This document shows positions 11,094-20,405 of a stretch of DNA of 64,000 nt, in pieces. The notes beneath the pieces were generated by a model, which ran no database searches, was not told the origin of the DNA, and saw nothing but the letters and a program-made list of their open reading frames with translations. Source of the DNA: Pelagomonas calceolata (lineage: Eukaryota); assembly GCA_918797485.1 (NCBI GenBank), contig CAKKNE010000003.1, forward strand, positions 1,612,001 to 1,676,000. Direction: 5' to 3'. Every line of letters starts with the position of its first letter. The stretch's first letter is position 1. Position numbers and translations under genes: made by a program.

Positions 11094-12809
11094 GGATTCC
11101 TAGTGTGTCGATACGCTAGGTCACCAGGTCTTGCGGCTCGCCAAAATACACCAGCGATTGACAGTGCCTTCTACCGTCCAAATGGTACATCATATCAACT
11201 CCAGCCCAGTTTTCATCCACAATCGACGGAACCGGAGCCGACGGCCCGCGCTCGGAGGGCGGGAGAAGAGTTCTACTCGACAACTCCCGAGTTTATGTTC
11301 GTTTCCTTCCGTTTGTTAGTGGTAGAGTCCATCCAGCCCGCCTCAACATTTACTGAGCCCAGTCTCCTGATCCGTACGAGCCGCGGGATTCGACGACTTC
11401 GGTACCACGCGTTTGTACAAAGCAGGGCTTAAAACCTAAAACTGCGAGTATCAGCGACGCCACCATCCAGATGGACCATAACGCCGTTGTTCTATTCACA
11501 ATCGACCGACTTGCCCGTTCTCCGCGGACGACTGTACGTTGACGGAGCACCGGAAAGGCCCCAGATCGGTGGTTTGTAAAATAAATTTGCGTTTCAGGCG
11601 CTTCGGTTGCGGGACGGGCCAGCTAACCGGGCTGAACACGCACTACATTCGATTACTTGTACCGTAGGCTCCCGGCGGCTCGTCGGTCTCGGGACCCCAC
11701 GATCTTGCTTAGATTGGCATCAAAATCGGACCTGCGACCATCAGCTCGTGTAACATCACCATGGACCATGACGCGATCATTTGTTCCATGATCGACCGAC
11801 TTACGCGAGGTCCAGATAAAGATGTTCACGTCCCAAGCGTGGGCAGCCAAAAGTACCCTTCTTATAATGTAGATGTCATATACTTGTAGTTGACTATCGG
11901 TGGGGTAGTATGGGACCCAGAGAGACCGCTATTACGATTCCTGGGGGGCCTCGGGTAATTGACGTTTTGACGGGGGACGGGGCGCCATCGGGCCCAAATT
12001 GCATACTTTTTTCGGATGTAGATCGGCTCGCGGACGCCCTCCGGGATAGGTCTGGGGTCGGGTAGTCGCCTTGACCGCATACGCCGGTTCTTGGAGCTCC
12101 CCAGAGAGCTTTGGATTGAGAAGTTGGCGGACTTGTGCTCAAGCCCGATTAGTGGCTGAGGACCTGTACTGATATGTATCTACCGATCAGGCCGCCCACG
12201 CACGCGGCGTAGGCGCTTGCACGTGACTAGTATCGACCCTAGGCGACCCCAGGGAGACCTCCGGACCGCAAATCGACAGGATTCCACCGGCGCGGCCGCC
12301 ATGGCGGGACCGTCAATATCGCGAATTAAAAATTTTTTTTTTTCGCCCCCCAGTAAGTGTCGTATCGATATCATTGGACTATTAGCGAACCGAACGATGT
12401 TCAAACGGGAGTGTATGTTATCAATATTACGAGAAGGTGGTTTGAGCAGCCCGACCTCCGCCGAGCCCCGCCGCGTCACTCAAGCACCACGAGACCGCTT
12501 CGGCTCCGCGTGCGCATCCTCCAGCCTCGGCCCGTGGTCAGACGATCCGAGCGCTTCCGTGGGAGGACGCGACCGCACGATTTCTGCAGCTAGGATTCGA
12601 AGTGGCTCGACGCCCGGTTCGTGCACGCGAGCTTCCCTTATGCGCCAGCGTAGCGCGATTTGACTCGAGGCAAGCGGGTCAAACCCTGAATCACGGGTTT
12701 CCCCGATGGCCTGTTCACAAACCCAGCTTCAGAAAAAAGTAGCTAATCGGCCGCTCGTTTCACCAGTCTCAGACAACTGAGCGCCGCGTTTTTACCGATG
12801 GAGAGCTGT

Positions 12810-12911
12810 TCCGCTATAGTGTAGGTGTGTTTTTGGCGATAGCTAAAAACCCGACTGTTATCATACTTGGCTTTCACCCAAGAGACTCGGGTTCGAGTCC
12901 CGATAGCGGAA
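12810..12911 (+). tRNA. tRNA-Glu(TTC) with 29-nt D-loop intron (12828-12856)
   Basis: Acceptor TCCGCTA/TAGCGGA, anticodon arm CTTGG-CT TTC AC-CCAAG, T arm with GTTCGAGT, downstream oligo-T; intron removal restores the D-loop AGGTGGTTA. Confidence 0.9.
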
Positions 12912-12920
12912 TTTTTTTTT
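12912..12920 (+). terminator. Pol III oligo-dT terminator
   Basis: T9 immediately after the tRNA discriminator base. Confidence 0.75.
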
Positions 12921-13336
12921 GCTTTTTGCGCCCCGCGCGTGTGTGTGCGCGCGCCCGCGCGCGTTTGGGGCCCTTGGGGCTTGCGTGTGCGCCCGCGCGT
13001 GTGTGGGGCTTTGGGGGGGGTGGTTTGTTTGTGGGGGTTTGGGGCAGGGTGGGGGGCGCGTGGGGCGTGTGGCGGGCTGGCGACGAGGGTGGAGGGTGGT
13101 GGGTTTGATTTTTTTTTTGCCCAAAAAAGGCCCGACCGGCCCCGTATCCGCGGGTCCCGCGCGGCCCCGGAGAGATCACGTGGGCGCCAAGGCGCGAGGG
13201 GCAGCCCCGGCGCCTCGTCGCGCGCGTGCCGATCTTGCCTTTACGCCGCGAGCGCTTTCGGTCACGAATGAGATCGATGGTGGCGACGGCCGTCTCGCAG
13301 ACGGTAGAAGAAGAACCCAGTACTAGAAAAAGATTA

Positions 13337-15037
13337 TCACACCCCGCCCCGCCCGAACGCGTCGTCCAGATCCTCCAGGAACGTCCCCGAGTTGTGCACG
13401 TACGACCCGCCGAGCACGACCTGGATGCCGCCGCTGGCGTTGAGCTCGGCGACCTTCGTCGCCTCCTCGTAGGTCGCGCCCCCCGCGATGTAGACGACGA
13501 CCTCGGCCGGCCTCAGGGCCTGGACCGGGGCGCCGGTCACGCACGGGTACCGCGCCTCGGGCAGGCGGTTTTTCGAAACTAAATCCAGCGTTTCCAGCAG
13601 GAGCGGCACATGCTGCGCGTAGACGTTCTCGATGCCCTCGAGCGACGACTTGACCTGCTTGCTAAACTTGGCCAGCAGCGACGTGTCGCCGCCGAACAAG
13701 CCGGCGGTCCTCGCACTCCGCCCGCCGTAGCGCAGCAGCGCGTCGACGAGGCTCACCCGGTCCGGCGCCACGCGGTGCTCGGCCAGCGCGAGCTTGAGAC
13801 CCTCGACGTTTCCCGTCTGCTCGTAGCGCAACGCGTAGAGCAGCGCGAGGCGCAGCTTGTCCTCGCCCCCGATCCGGCCGTCGCCTATCCTCGCGAGGAC
13901 CTCGCGCCGCTGCGACGCGCCGTCGTCGTGGCACGCGAGCTCCTGCTCCAGCTGCGACACGTCCATGAGCGAGTGCGTCTCGACCAGGCGCGAGAGCTCC
14001 GAGATCAGCGCCACGTGCTTGGACACGTTGAGCGACTTCGACCGGAACGCCGGATACCTCTCTAGAAACGACTGCATGTCGTCGATCGATTTGATGTTCT
14101 CGTTGAGCTTCGTTTGGCGCTGGTAGTCGTCCAAGAGCTGCTTGACGGCCGTGCCCAGATCTCCAAAGTTCGCGTGCTGGTGCTGGGCGTAGAACGGGTC
14201 CGCGGCCGCGCTCAGCACGACCTCGTCGAGGTTCGGGTCGCCGCGCGCCGACGCCGTGCCCTTGAGCCGGACGCGGTTGTTGTTGACGCCCAACAACTCG
14301 TGGACCATGGCCTGGTACGTCCACTGCGAGAGTAGGGGCGTGACGCAGTCGTCCGCGCGATCCAGGATCAGCAGGAGGGGCCCGCCCGTGTCCGACGCCG
14401 TCGCCCGCCTTTTAAAGTGGAAGATGCCGTCCGCGGCGACGGCGCGCTGGACCTCCGTCGCGATGGCCTTGGCCACCGTCGAGGCCGACGAGTAGCGGAT
14501 CGTCGCCGGCTGGACCTTCAACGCCAGTAAAGAAGAGAGGACGCCGTCGACGTTCCTCCTCAACAAATCGGCGGTGGGCCGCGTCGTATTTAGGCGCAGC
14601 GCCTGGCGCTGGTTCAAGGTGAATAAAGCATCATTGACGGGAACGAAATCGGCGTAGAACTCCTGGACCTGCCGCACAACTTCCAGATCATCGGACTCGG
14701 CGAGCTCGCGCAGCTGCGCCCGCGGCGCGACGTTCGCGAAGTAGAGGTGGTACTCGCCGAAGCGCGGGTCCGCGAGCTCCCTCCTTAGCAGCGCAAAATT
14801 GGCCGCCGTCGGCCGCACGAACGCCGCCGCCTTCAGGTGGCGCATCGGCTCGTGGCCGCGCGCCTGGTCGAGCCGCTCCACCAAGAACACGTCCCGATCT
14901 AGAATTTCGGTCTGGCTGTAGACGTTGGCCACTGTCTTCGTCGTCTCCGCGTCCAACAACAACACCTTCATGCCCGGGTTGTTCGGGTCGCTCACGATGC
15001 GGTCGACGTAGGCGCGCGTCGCCGCGAGGACGTTCAT
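13337..15037 (-). CDS. VPS45: Sec1/Munc18 family protein Vps45
   Basis: GMKVLLLD, SQTEIL, VQEFYADF, LDRADDCVTPLLSQWTYQAMVHELLG, VSKHV. Confidence 0.95.
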   Translation of the reverse strand: MNVLAATRAYVDRIVSDPNNPGMKVLLLDAETTKTVANVYSQTEILDRDVFLVERLDQARGHEPMRHLKAAAFVRPTAANFALLRRELADPRFGEYHLYFANVAPRAQLRELAESDDLEVVRQVQEFYADFVPVNDALFTLNQRQALRLNTTRPTADLLRRNVDGVLSSLLALKVQPATIRYSSASTVAKAIATEVQRAVAADGIFHFKRRATASDTGGPLLLILDRADDCVTPLLSQWTYQAMVHELLGVNNNRVRLKGTASARGDPNLDEVVLSAAADPFYAQHQHANFGDLGTAVKQLLDDYQRQTKLNENIKSIDDMQSFLERYPAFRSKSLNVSKHVALISELSRLVETHSLMDVSQLEQELACHDDGASQRREVLARIGDGRIGGEDKLRLALLYALRYEQTGNVEGLKLALAEHRVAPDRVSLVDALLRYGGRSARTAGLFGGDTSLLAKFSKQVKSSLEGIENVYAQHVPLLLETLDLVSKNRLPEARYPCVTGAPVQALRPAEVVVYIAGGATYEEATKVAELNASGGIQVVLGGSYVHNSGTFLEDLDDAFGRGGV

Positions 15038-15357
15038 GGTGCTTTCGCGGCCGGCGCCTTAACTGTGCCAGGAGCGTGCTTTGTGCTGCTTTTGGTGTGT
15101 GCGCTTCCTGGCGCGCCGACGGCGTCGCCGGCGGCCTAGATCGAAACCAGTGGTAGGTAACGACTGCACGGTGCAGTCCTGCGCCCCTCCCTTGCCCTTA
15201 TCGGCCAACAACAGCCTCGCGCCCTCGGCAGCTAGCGGCGTAAGACACTAGCACAAAGCCCCAGGGCTCCGCAGCCTCCGCCCACTAGTCCTAGCACCGT
15301 AACATACCTGTGAATTCGGCAAACACTGGCACAAGAAGACAATCACTTAGATACGGG

Positions 15358-16425
15358 CTAGTAATAATCTCCGGGGAAGCGGCTCGCTCGCTTGACCGCC
15401 AATAAGTATTCCTCCTCCCAAGACGTATCATACTGCTCCATGTGCTCGAGGTCCACTCGATCGTCCAAATGAAGGATTTCCTCTACTTGACGTACCTTTC
15501 CCGGCAAAGTAGGGAAATCTTGTCCCCCCCCAAACCCGTGAGAATCAAAAGCAATCCCGCTCAGTTCTTCTGCCGCCACATCCGCAGCGTAGGCCGCGGC
15601 AAAGGCCGACGCCTCCCGTTCGCCCCAGCCCCGCGTGAAGTCGTCCAGGTCGGGAACCGGTCCCTTATAATATCTGCCAAAGAAGCAACGAAAGAAATCC
15701 ACCGCCACCGCCGCGTCAGTCCAAGACTCCAACGCTCCGGAGACATAGCCAACCACGAGATTGCGGCGTTCCGCATGGTGCTCCACCCACGGCCAGGTGA
15801 TAGGAGTTCCTATATGCTCCGCCCACCACCTAATTCCGGAAACGGATCTGCCTCCCTGACTACTCGGGGACTCCGTGTCGAAGTCCCAACGTATCAGCTG
15901 AGTCTTAGCGTAGACGAAGCGATGAGCCGGTTCCAAGAGCCTCACAATGCGTTCCAAACCGTCGAGAGACGGCTCGATGAGTGCGAGCAAACGGCCCTCT
16001 AGTAAAGCGGCGCGCTTTCCACCGCCTCCAGTATAGGTGAATAATATTCTCAGAGTCTCGTTCGGGTCCACCGCCCAGGCCGCTCGGCAGAGCGCGAGTG
16101 ACGAGGCTGGTACGTCGCGCTCGGCGGGCGTGCTCGCGCCGCGGTCCTGGGCCACGCGGCCAGCAGCGAGAATCAATTGCGTGCCATGCTCGGCGACGAA
16201 CTTTACCGGTTTCCACCGCCCGCGCGTTAACACGAACCGCGCCGCGGACCGCACGAGCTTGGTGACCCGCTCCGCCTCGTGAACGTCGTCCACCACCATA
16301 AGGAATTCCATGACCCTTTGTAGGAGCTCTGGCGGCAGCGATAACAGCGTCCCCGCCGGGTCTTCGACGTCATTTTGTAGCGTCAACGCCGACAGCTCCT
16401 GCGCCTGAGCATCGGCCTGAGCCAT
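15358..16425 (-). CDS. F-box-containing protein
   Basis: N-terminal LLSLPPELLQRVMEFL. Confidence 0.7.
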   Translation of the reverse strand: MAQADAQAQELSALTLQNDVEDPAGTLLSLPPELLQRVMEFLMVVDDVHEAERVTKLVRSAARFVLTRGRWKPVKFVAEHGTQLILAAGRVAQDRGASTPAERDVPASSLALCRAAWAVDPNETLRILFTYTGGGGKRAALLEGRLLALIEPSLDGLERIVRLLEPAHRFVYAKTQLIRWDFDTESPSSQGGRSVSGIRWWAEHIGTPITWPWVEHHAERRNLVVGYVSGALESWTDAAVAVDFFRCFFGRYYKGPVPDLDDFTRGWGEREASAFAAAYAADVAAEELSGIAFDSHGFGGGQDFPTLPGKVRQVEEILHLDDRVDLEHMEQYDTSWEEEYLLAVKRASRFPGDYY

Positions 16426-16618
16426 GTGCCTTTTCGCAAGCAGGCCCGAATGCGTCGCGCAAAAGGAACAGAAGTCGCCGCCCACTACCGACGCGCCAGA
16501 AGCGCAGCCCGCGACGCCCCAAGGTCCCACCGGGGCTGCTCACGGCGTGCAAAACAAGGCTGACCCTCTCAGTAACCTAGCTGTAAGACACTAGCAAACC
16601 GCTTAGCCTTACCGAGAC

Positions 16619-17812
16619 TTACTCCGACGCCATGTAGTGCGACGAGTTCATATCGTACACGTGCGTGTCGAGCAGCGGCTTCTCAAAAGTATGAGTAGCG
16701 CAGACCGGCGCGACGTAGACGTGCTCGTCCGTCTTCTTGCCTCGAATACTATCGAGCAGCTTCCGCCCATTCAACTGCGACGCCGTCGCATCAAATCCGC
16801 GACGACGCTGGTGTCTCGCTGAGGGATGCACCACTAACTCCGGCGACTTGCACGAGTCGAACGCGTTCGCCTGCCGCATGTCTAGATCGAGATTCGCGCA
16901 CTTTTGCCTCTGGATGGAAGCGTGCTTCTCCGCCCTACGTTTGGACGACCACTTGATGGTCCCGATGTGCTCATGTTGCCTTGCTTGCTGCTCCTTGTGT
17001 TTCAACCTCAACTTCTCATGGGCGACGTCAAACCTGGCAGCCATCATCGCGTCGTACTTGCGCCGCGCCGGGCCCTCGATCTTGTCGAGCATCCTCCGCA
17101 CGTTCTTCGCATCGTCATATTGCTTCATTGCTGCCAGTGAAGTTTCTGCGCGTCTTAGCTCAAGTACTCTACAAGAGTGGCGCTGCAAGGGCGGCACCGC
17201 CACCAATATAGCATGGTCGAGATTCTCATGCTCAATAGCTTGGCGCTTCGCCAGACGCGCCCGCAGCGCCTTCATCTCGCGTTTTTCGTCCCGCTTCCGC
17301 TCTTTCTCATTTAAGGCAATGCTACGAGCTAACCCCTTCTTCGCCTGCTCGAACATCTGGCGCTGCTGCGCCTGGTTGTGCTCGATCTCTCTCGTCTGAA
17401 GACCCGCGAAGCCGCGCTTCACGTTGTCCAAGTTCGCGTTCAGCTGCTTGGCCCGGTCGTAGGCCTCGACGCGGCCACTTCCGGTAAGTCGCTTGATCTC
17501 CGCCGTGATGGCCCTTTCAATATGCTTCCACATCTTGATCTGCTCTCTTCTCGATGTCCTATCGTCCGGTCTCAGGCCGAACAGCACGAAGGCGTCCTCC
17601 ACAGATTTAATGTCTCCAATATCACCATCGACATCATCAAAAGAAATGGTCGACGTCTTGCGCTCGTGTAAGGTGTGGAAATGCGTCCGGGCCGTCTCCG
17701 CGAAGCCCTGCGGGAAGACCGTCGTGCCCAGCCGGTCGTCATCCAGGTCCGTGGTCGCGTCGAGGGCGCCGCGGAAGCTTTGGTGTAAAGGAGGGGGCGC
17801 CTCGGCGGCCAT
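16619..17812 (-). CDS. Coiled-coil protein of unknown function
   Basis: 397-aa ORF with charged helical composition. Confidence 0.7.
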   Translation of the reverse strand: MAAEAPPPLHQSFRGALDATTDLDDDRLGTTVFPQGFAETARTHFHTLHERKTSTISFDDVDGDIGDIKSVEDAFVLFGLRPDDRTSRREQIKMWKHIERAITAEIKRLTGSGRVEAYDRAKQLNANLDNVKRGFAGLQTREIEHNQAQQRQMFEQAKKGLARSIALNEKERKRDEKREMKALRARLAKRQAIEHENLDHAILVAVPPLQRHSCRVLELRRAETSLAAMKQYDDAKNVRRMLDKIEGPARRKYDAMMAARFDVAHEKLRLKHKEQQARQHEHIGTIKWSSKRRAEKHASIQRQKCANLDLDMRQANAFDSCKSPELVVHPSARHQRRRGFDATASQLNGRKLLDSIRGKKTDEHVYVAPVCATHTFEKPLLDTHVYDMNSSHYMASE

Positions 17813-18414
17813 CGTGCTACCTAGGTATGGGTGGCGGGGGCTGCCCTAGGCTGCAGCGACGGCGTGCGTGCGCTAGCCTTGTTGTTGTGACGGCCTCAGC
17901 GGCCGCGACGACGAGTGTGGTTGCTCCTGCGGCTTGTCCGGGCAGCGTCCTGCGGCTGCCGAGCGCTTGCTTTGGGAGATGATGGCGCTACATCGAGAGC
18001 TAGAGCCGAGGCTCAAACGCGCGCGAGGACTCCGTGGCGCGAGGGGTCTCTCGTCATTCGGGGATCCGTCCATCTGTTGCTGACCCCAGGGCAACACTCA
18101 GAAAAAATATTAGTGGCGCGGACGCCGCGCAGCTCGCCGCGCGGACAGGACCTCCGCCGCCGTCGCGCCGCATCTCCCAGCAACGGGGTGCTCGAAGCGT
18201 ATAGGAGACCGTTCACGACGCAATAGCTCCTCAAGGGACCCGTCGCCGACGACCCTATCAAAGTCGACGGACCCGTCGTCTCGTATAGCGTGCTGCCTCG
18301 CAATGAAGTCGTCGGCGACGCCCGCGCATGCCTCCACGCCATTCATCCTCAACGTGTGGTAGAGCTTGCACTCGACGCAGACCGACTCGTGGAGATCGCG
18401 CTTGTGGACGTCTC

Positions 18415-18583
18415 GGACCGCGACGCCACGCTCGGCGATCTCCGCGAGAGCGTGACGACGCTCGAAGAATTGGAACGGACCGCGCGGCGCGTGCTCGGCG
18501 GCGCGCACCCACTCACTTCGGCAATTGAGGAAGCGCTTGGAGGCGCCCGAGCCCAACTCCGCGCCCGCGAGAAGCAGTCGTAA
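18415..18583 (+). pseudogene. Orphan 3' fragment of the MYND-RING-TPR family
   Basis: DATLGDLRESVTTLEELERTARRVLGGAHPLTSAIEEALGGARAQL aligns by eye with the C-terminus of the 39230-40351 protein (GASLDDLHEAVATLESVAHLWKRIFGPAHPETQKAQEALKGAREAL). Confidence 0.7.
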
Positions 18584-18605
18584 TAAACCAAAATCTTACG
18601 AGCAC

Positions 18606-19811
18606 TCAGTCCCCCCCGTCGTTCTCCCGCTCGACCTTCGTCCCCAATCTAGTCGACCAGGGGCAGTCCTGCGGGTCCGGCTCCACGACCCCGCCGTCAT
18701 AAACGAGATCAAAGCCCCCGACCGACCGCTCGTCGCCTCGCAACCGCCCTTCCACATCGACAATGTCCAAACAATCATGCAGCATGTCGCACTTCAACTG
18801 ATAGTCCTCCTTCGTATTTGCTGATAGGGACGGCGACGCGTTGACCTCGATGAGCCACGGCTTGAGCTCGTCATCGATCAACACATCATATCCGTACAAC
18901 TCGAAGCAGTGCTTGTCCGCGATCATGACGTGCTGCACCGCTATTAATGAACGTACTACAACTCTTTCAATAGCCAGGAACACGCGGTCGACCGCCGCCA
19001 TCCCGTGCTCGGCAGCTAACAACAGTTTGACAGACCGCAGGTCCTTCTTCCCGCCGCTTCGCGCATCATAATTCTCCGCCGTTTTTTGAATCGCAACATT
19101 AGTTAAATGGACGAAGTTATTGGCGATGTCCGCAGGGTCACTCGAGTACCGCGTGTGCGAGAACCGCGCGAAGCCGCCCCTATACATGTAGGCGACTAAC
19201 GGTGAAAACGATGTAACAAGGACATATAATCGCATATCGAACTTCTTCCCACCGACGAGATAGGGGTTCTCGATATACCTCTGGACGATATACGCCTCCG
19301 GTTCCGCCCTGGGTGGATCCTTGTCGTCCTTGTTTAAGTGTCTGTAAGGATCGGTCCGCCACTCCGAGATTTCGGATAACCTAGAAAACAGGAAGATACC
19401 CCGACCCTGTGCTGACCCAATCGGCTTCATGATCCACACACCTCCCGATCTTTTAAACTCTTCCACGAACATGGCGTACTCCCGCGGCAGCACGAAGGAC
19501 AGAGGCATGAAGTCGTAGGCTTTCGCCTGGTCGACCTGCCCATCTCTCTGCAACCCGCGCTTCATCCTTTTTAAATTTTTAACTAATAAGTCCTTCCGGC
19601 ACAGCTCCCGCCCGTTCCGGAAATGGTTCAACCGCTGGTGCGGTTCCAGATGCATCGTGTCGAACACCTCGTAGACCCACTCGCGCTCGGCCCAGTGAAA
19701 ATCCCAGTCCGTGTCACTGTCGGTCTCCTTCCAGCCGCGCGCCGTCATGACGTCATAAATGGTATTGGCGAAGGACGTCCTAAACTTAATTGTGGGGCGG
19801 CGGCGGGGCAT
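18606..19811 (-). CDS. TTLL9: Tubulin polyglutamylase (TTLL9-like)
   Basis: NHFRNGRELCRKDLLVKNLKR, WIMKP, KFDMRLYVLV, VHLTNVAIQK, FELYGYD, LIEVNASPS. Confidence 0.9.
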   Translation of the reverse strand: MPRRRPTIKFRTSFANTIYDVMTARGWKETDSDTDWDFHWAEREWVYEVFDTMHLEPHQRLNHFRNGRELCRKDLLVKNLKRMKRGLQRDGQVDQAKAYDFMPLSFVLPREYAMFVEEFKRSGGVWIMKPIGSAQGRGIFLFSRLSEISEWRTDPYRHLNKDDKDPPRAEPEAYIVQRYIENPYLVGGKKFDMRLYVLVTSFSPLVAYMYRGGFARFSHTRYSSDPADIANNFVHLTNVAIQKTAENYDARSGGKKDLRSVKLLLAAEHGMAAVDRVFLAIERVVVRSLIAVQHVMIADKHCFELYGYDVLIDDELKPWLIEVNASPSLSANTKEDYQLKCDMLHDCLDIVDVEGRLRGDERSVGGFDLVYDGGVVEPDPQDCPWSTRLGTKVERENDGGD

Positions 19812-20405
19812 CTTGTCGTTGTTTTCGTTATTGTTACGGCGCGGCGGCGGGCGTGCGCGCGGTGGCTGTATGTGCTGTTGGCAGCTTTTTGCTTTGATTG
19901 CTCTGTGTGAGCTTTTTGGACGCAAACGTTGCAAGCGCTGGCTGTGCGACGGCGTTTGGTGACTGCGGGCAGTCCGGCTCGTGCCAAGCCTGTCGCTGTT
20001 GCTCGGGAGCTTGAAAAACCGCGCTGCCGGCCAAGCTAGCTAGCGGTGTAAGACACTAGCAGGCAAGTTAACGGCTCGCCCGGCCCGCCCAGCAGTCACG
20101 AGGCCTGAGATCAAAGCCAGGGAAGCATAGAAGAGGTCCAGGAAAACCCCGCGGGGCCCAGCGCTTGAGACAGGCTCTCTGGCCCCAGCGCTGCCAAAGA
20201 GGCTGCCCAGACGCGCGACGTGTCGTAAACGGGGCAGCCGCAGGGCACACTTCACCCCAATAACGCCGCCGAGGCGCACCGGGGACGGGCACCCCGCCAG
20301 CATCAGCCCCAGGCTGCTGCAGTGAGTGAGAGCGCCCAGCGCGGACGCGGCCGACGCGGGGCACCGCTCGCACAAAGACACAAACGACAGCAGACAAAGA
20401 CAAGG

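Larger units (their letters stand above)
12445..13500. repeat. Right arm of the inverted duplication (tRNA-Glu plus VPS45 3' end)
   Basis: Reverse complement of 8292-9344. Confidence 0.95.

Noticed and set aside
11043..11432. 129-aa ORF starting MYTICMYIYIY
   Set aside because: The N-terminus is a translated TA microsatellite and there is no recognisable domain.
11429..11442. TAAAACCTAAAAC as a telomerase RNA template
   Set aside because: It does not match a TTAGGG or TTTAGGG repeat, and no supporting structure or terminator was seen.
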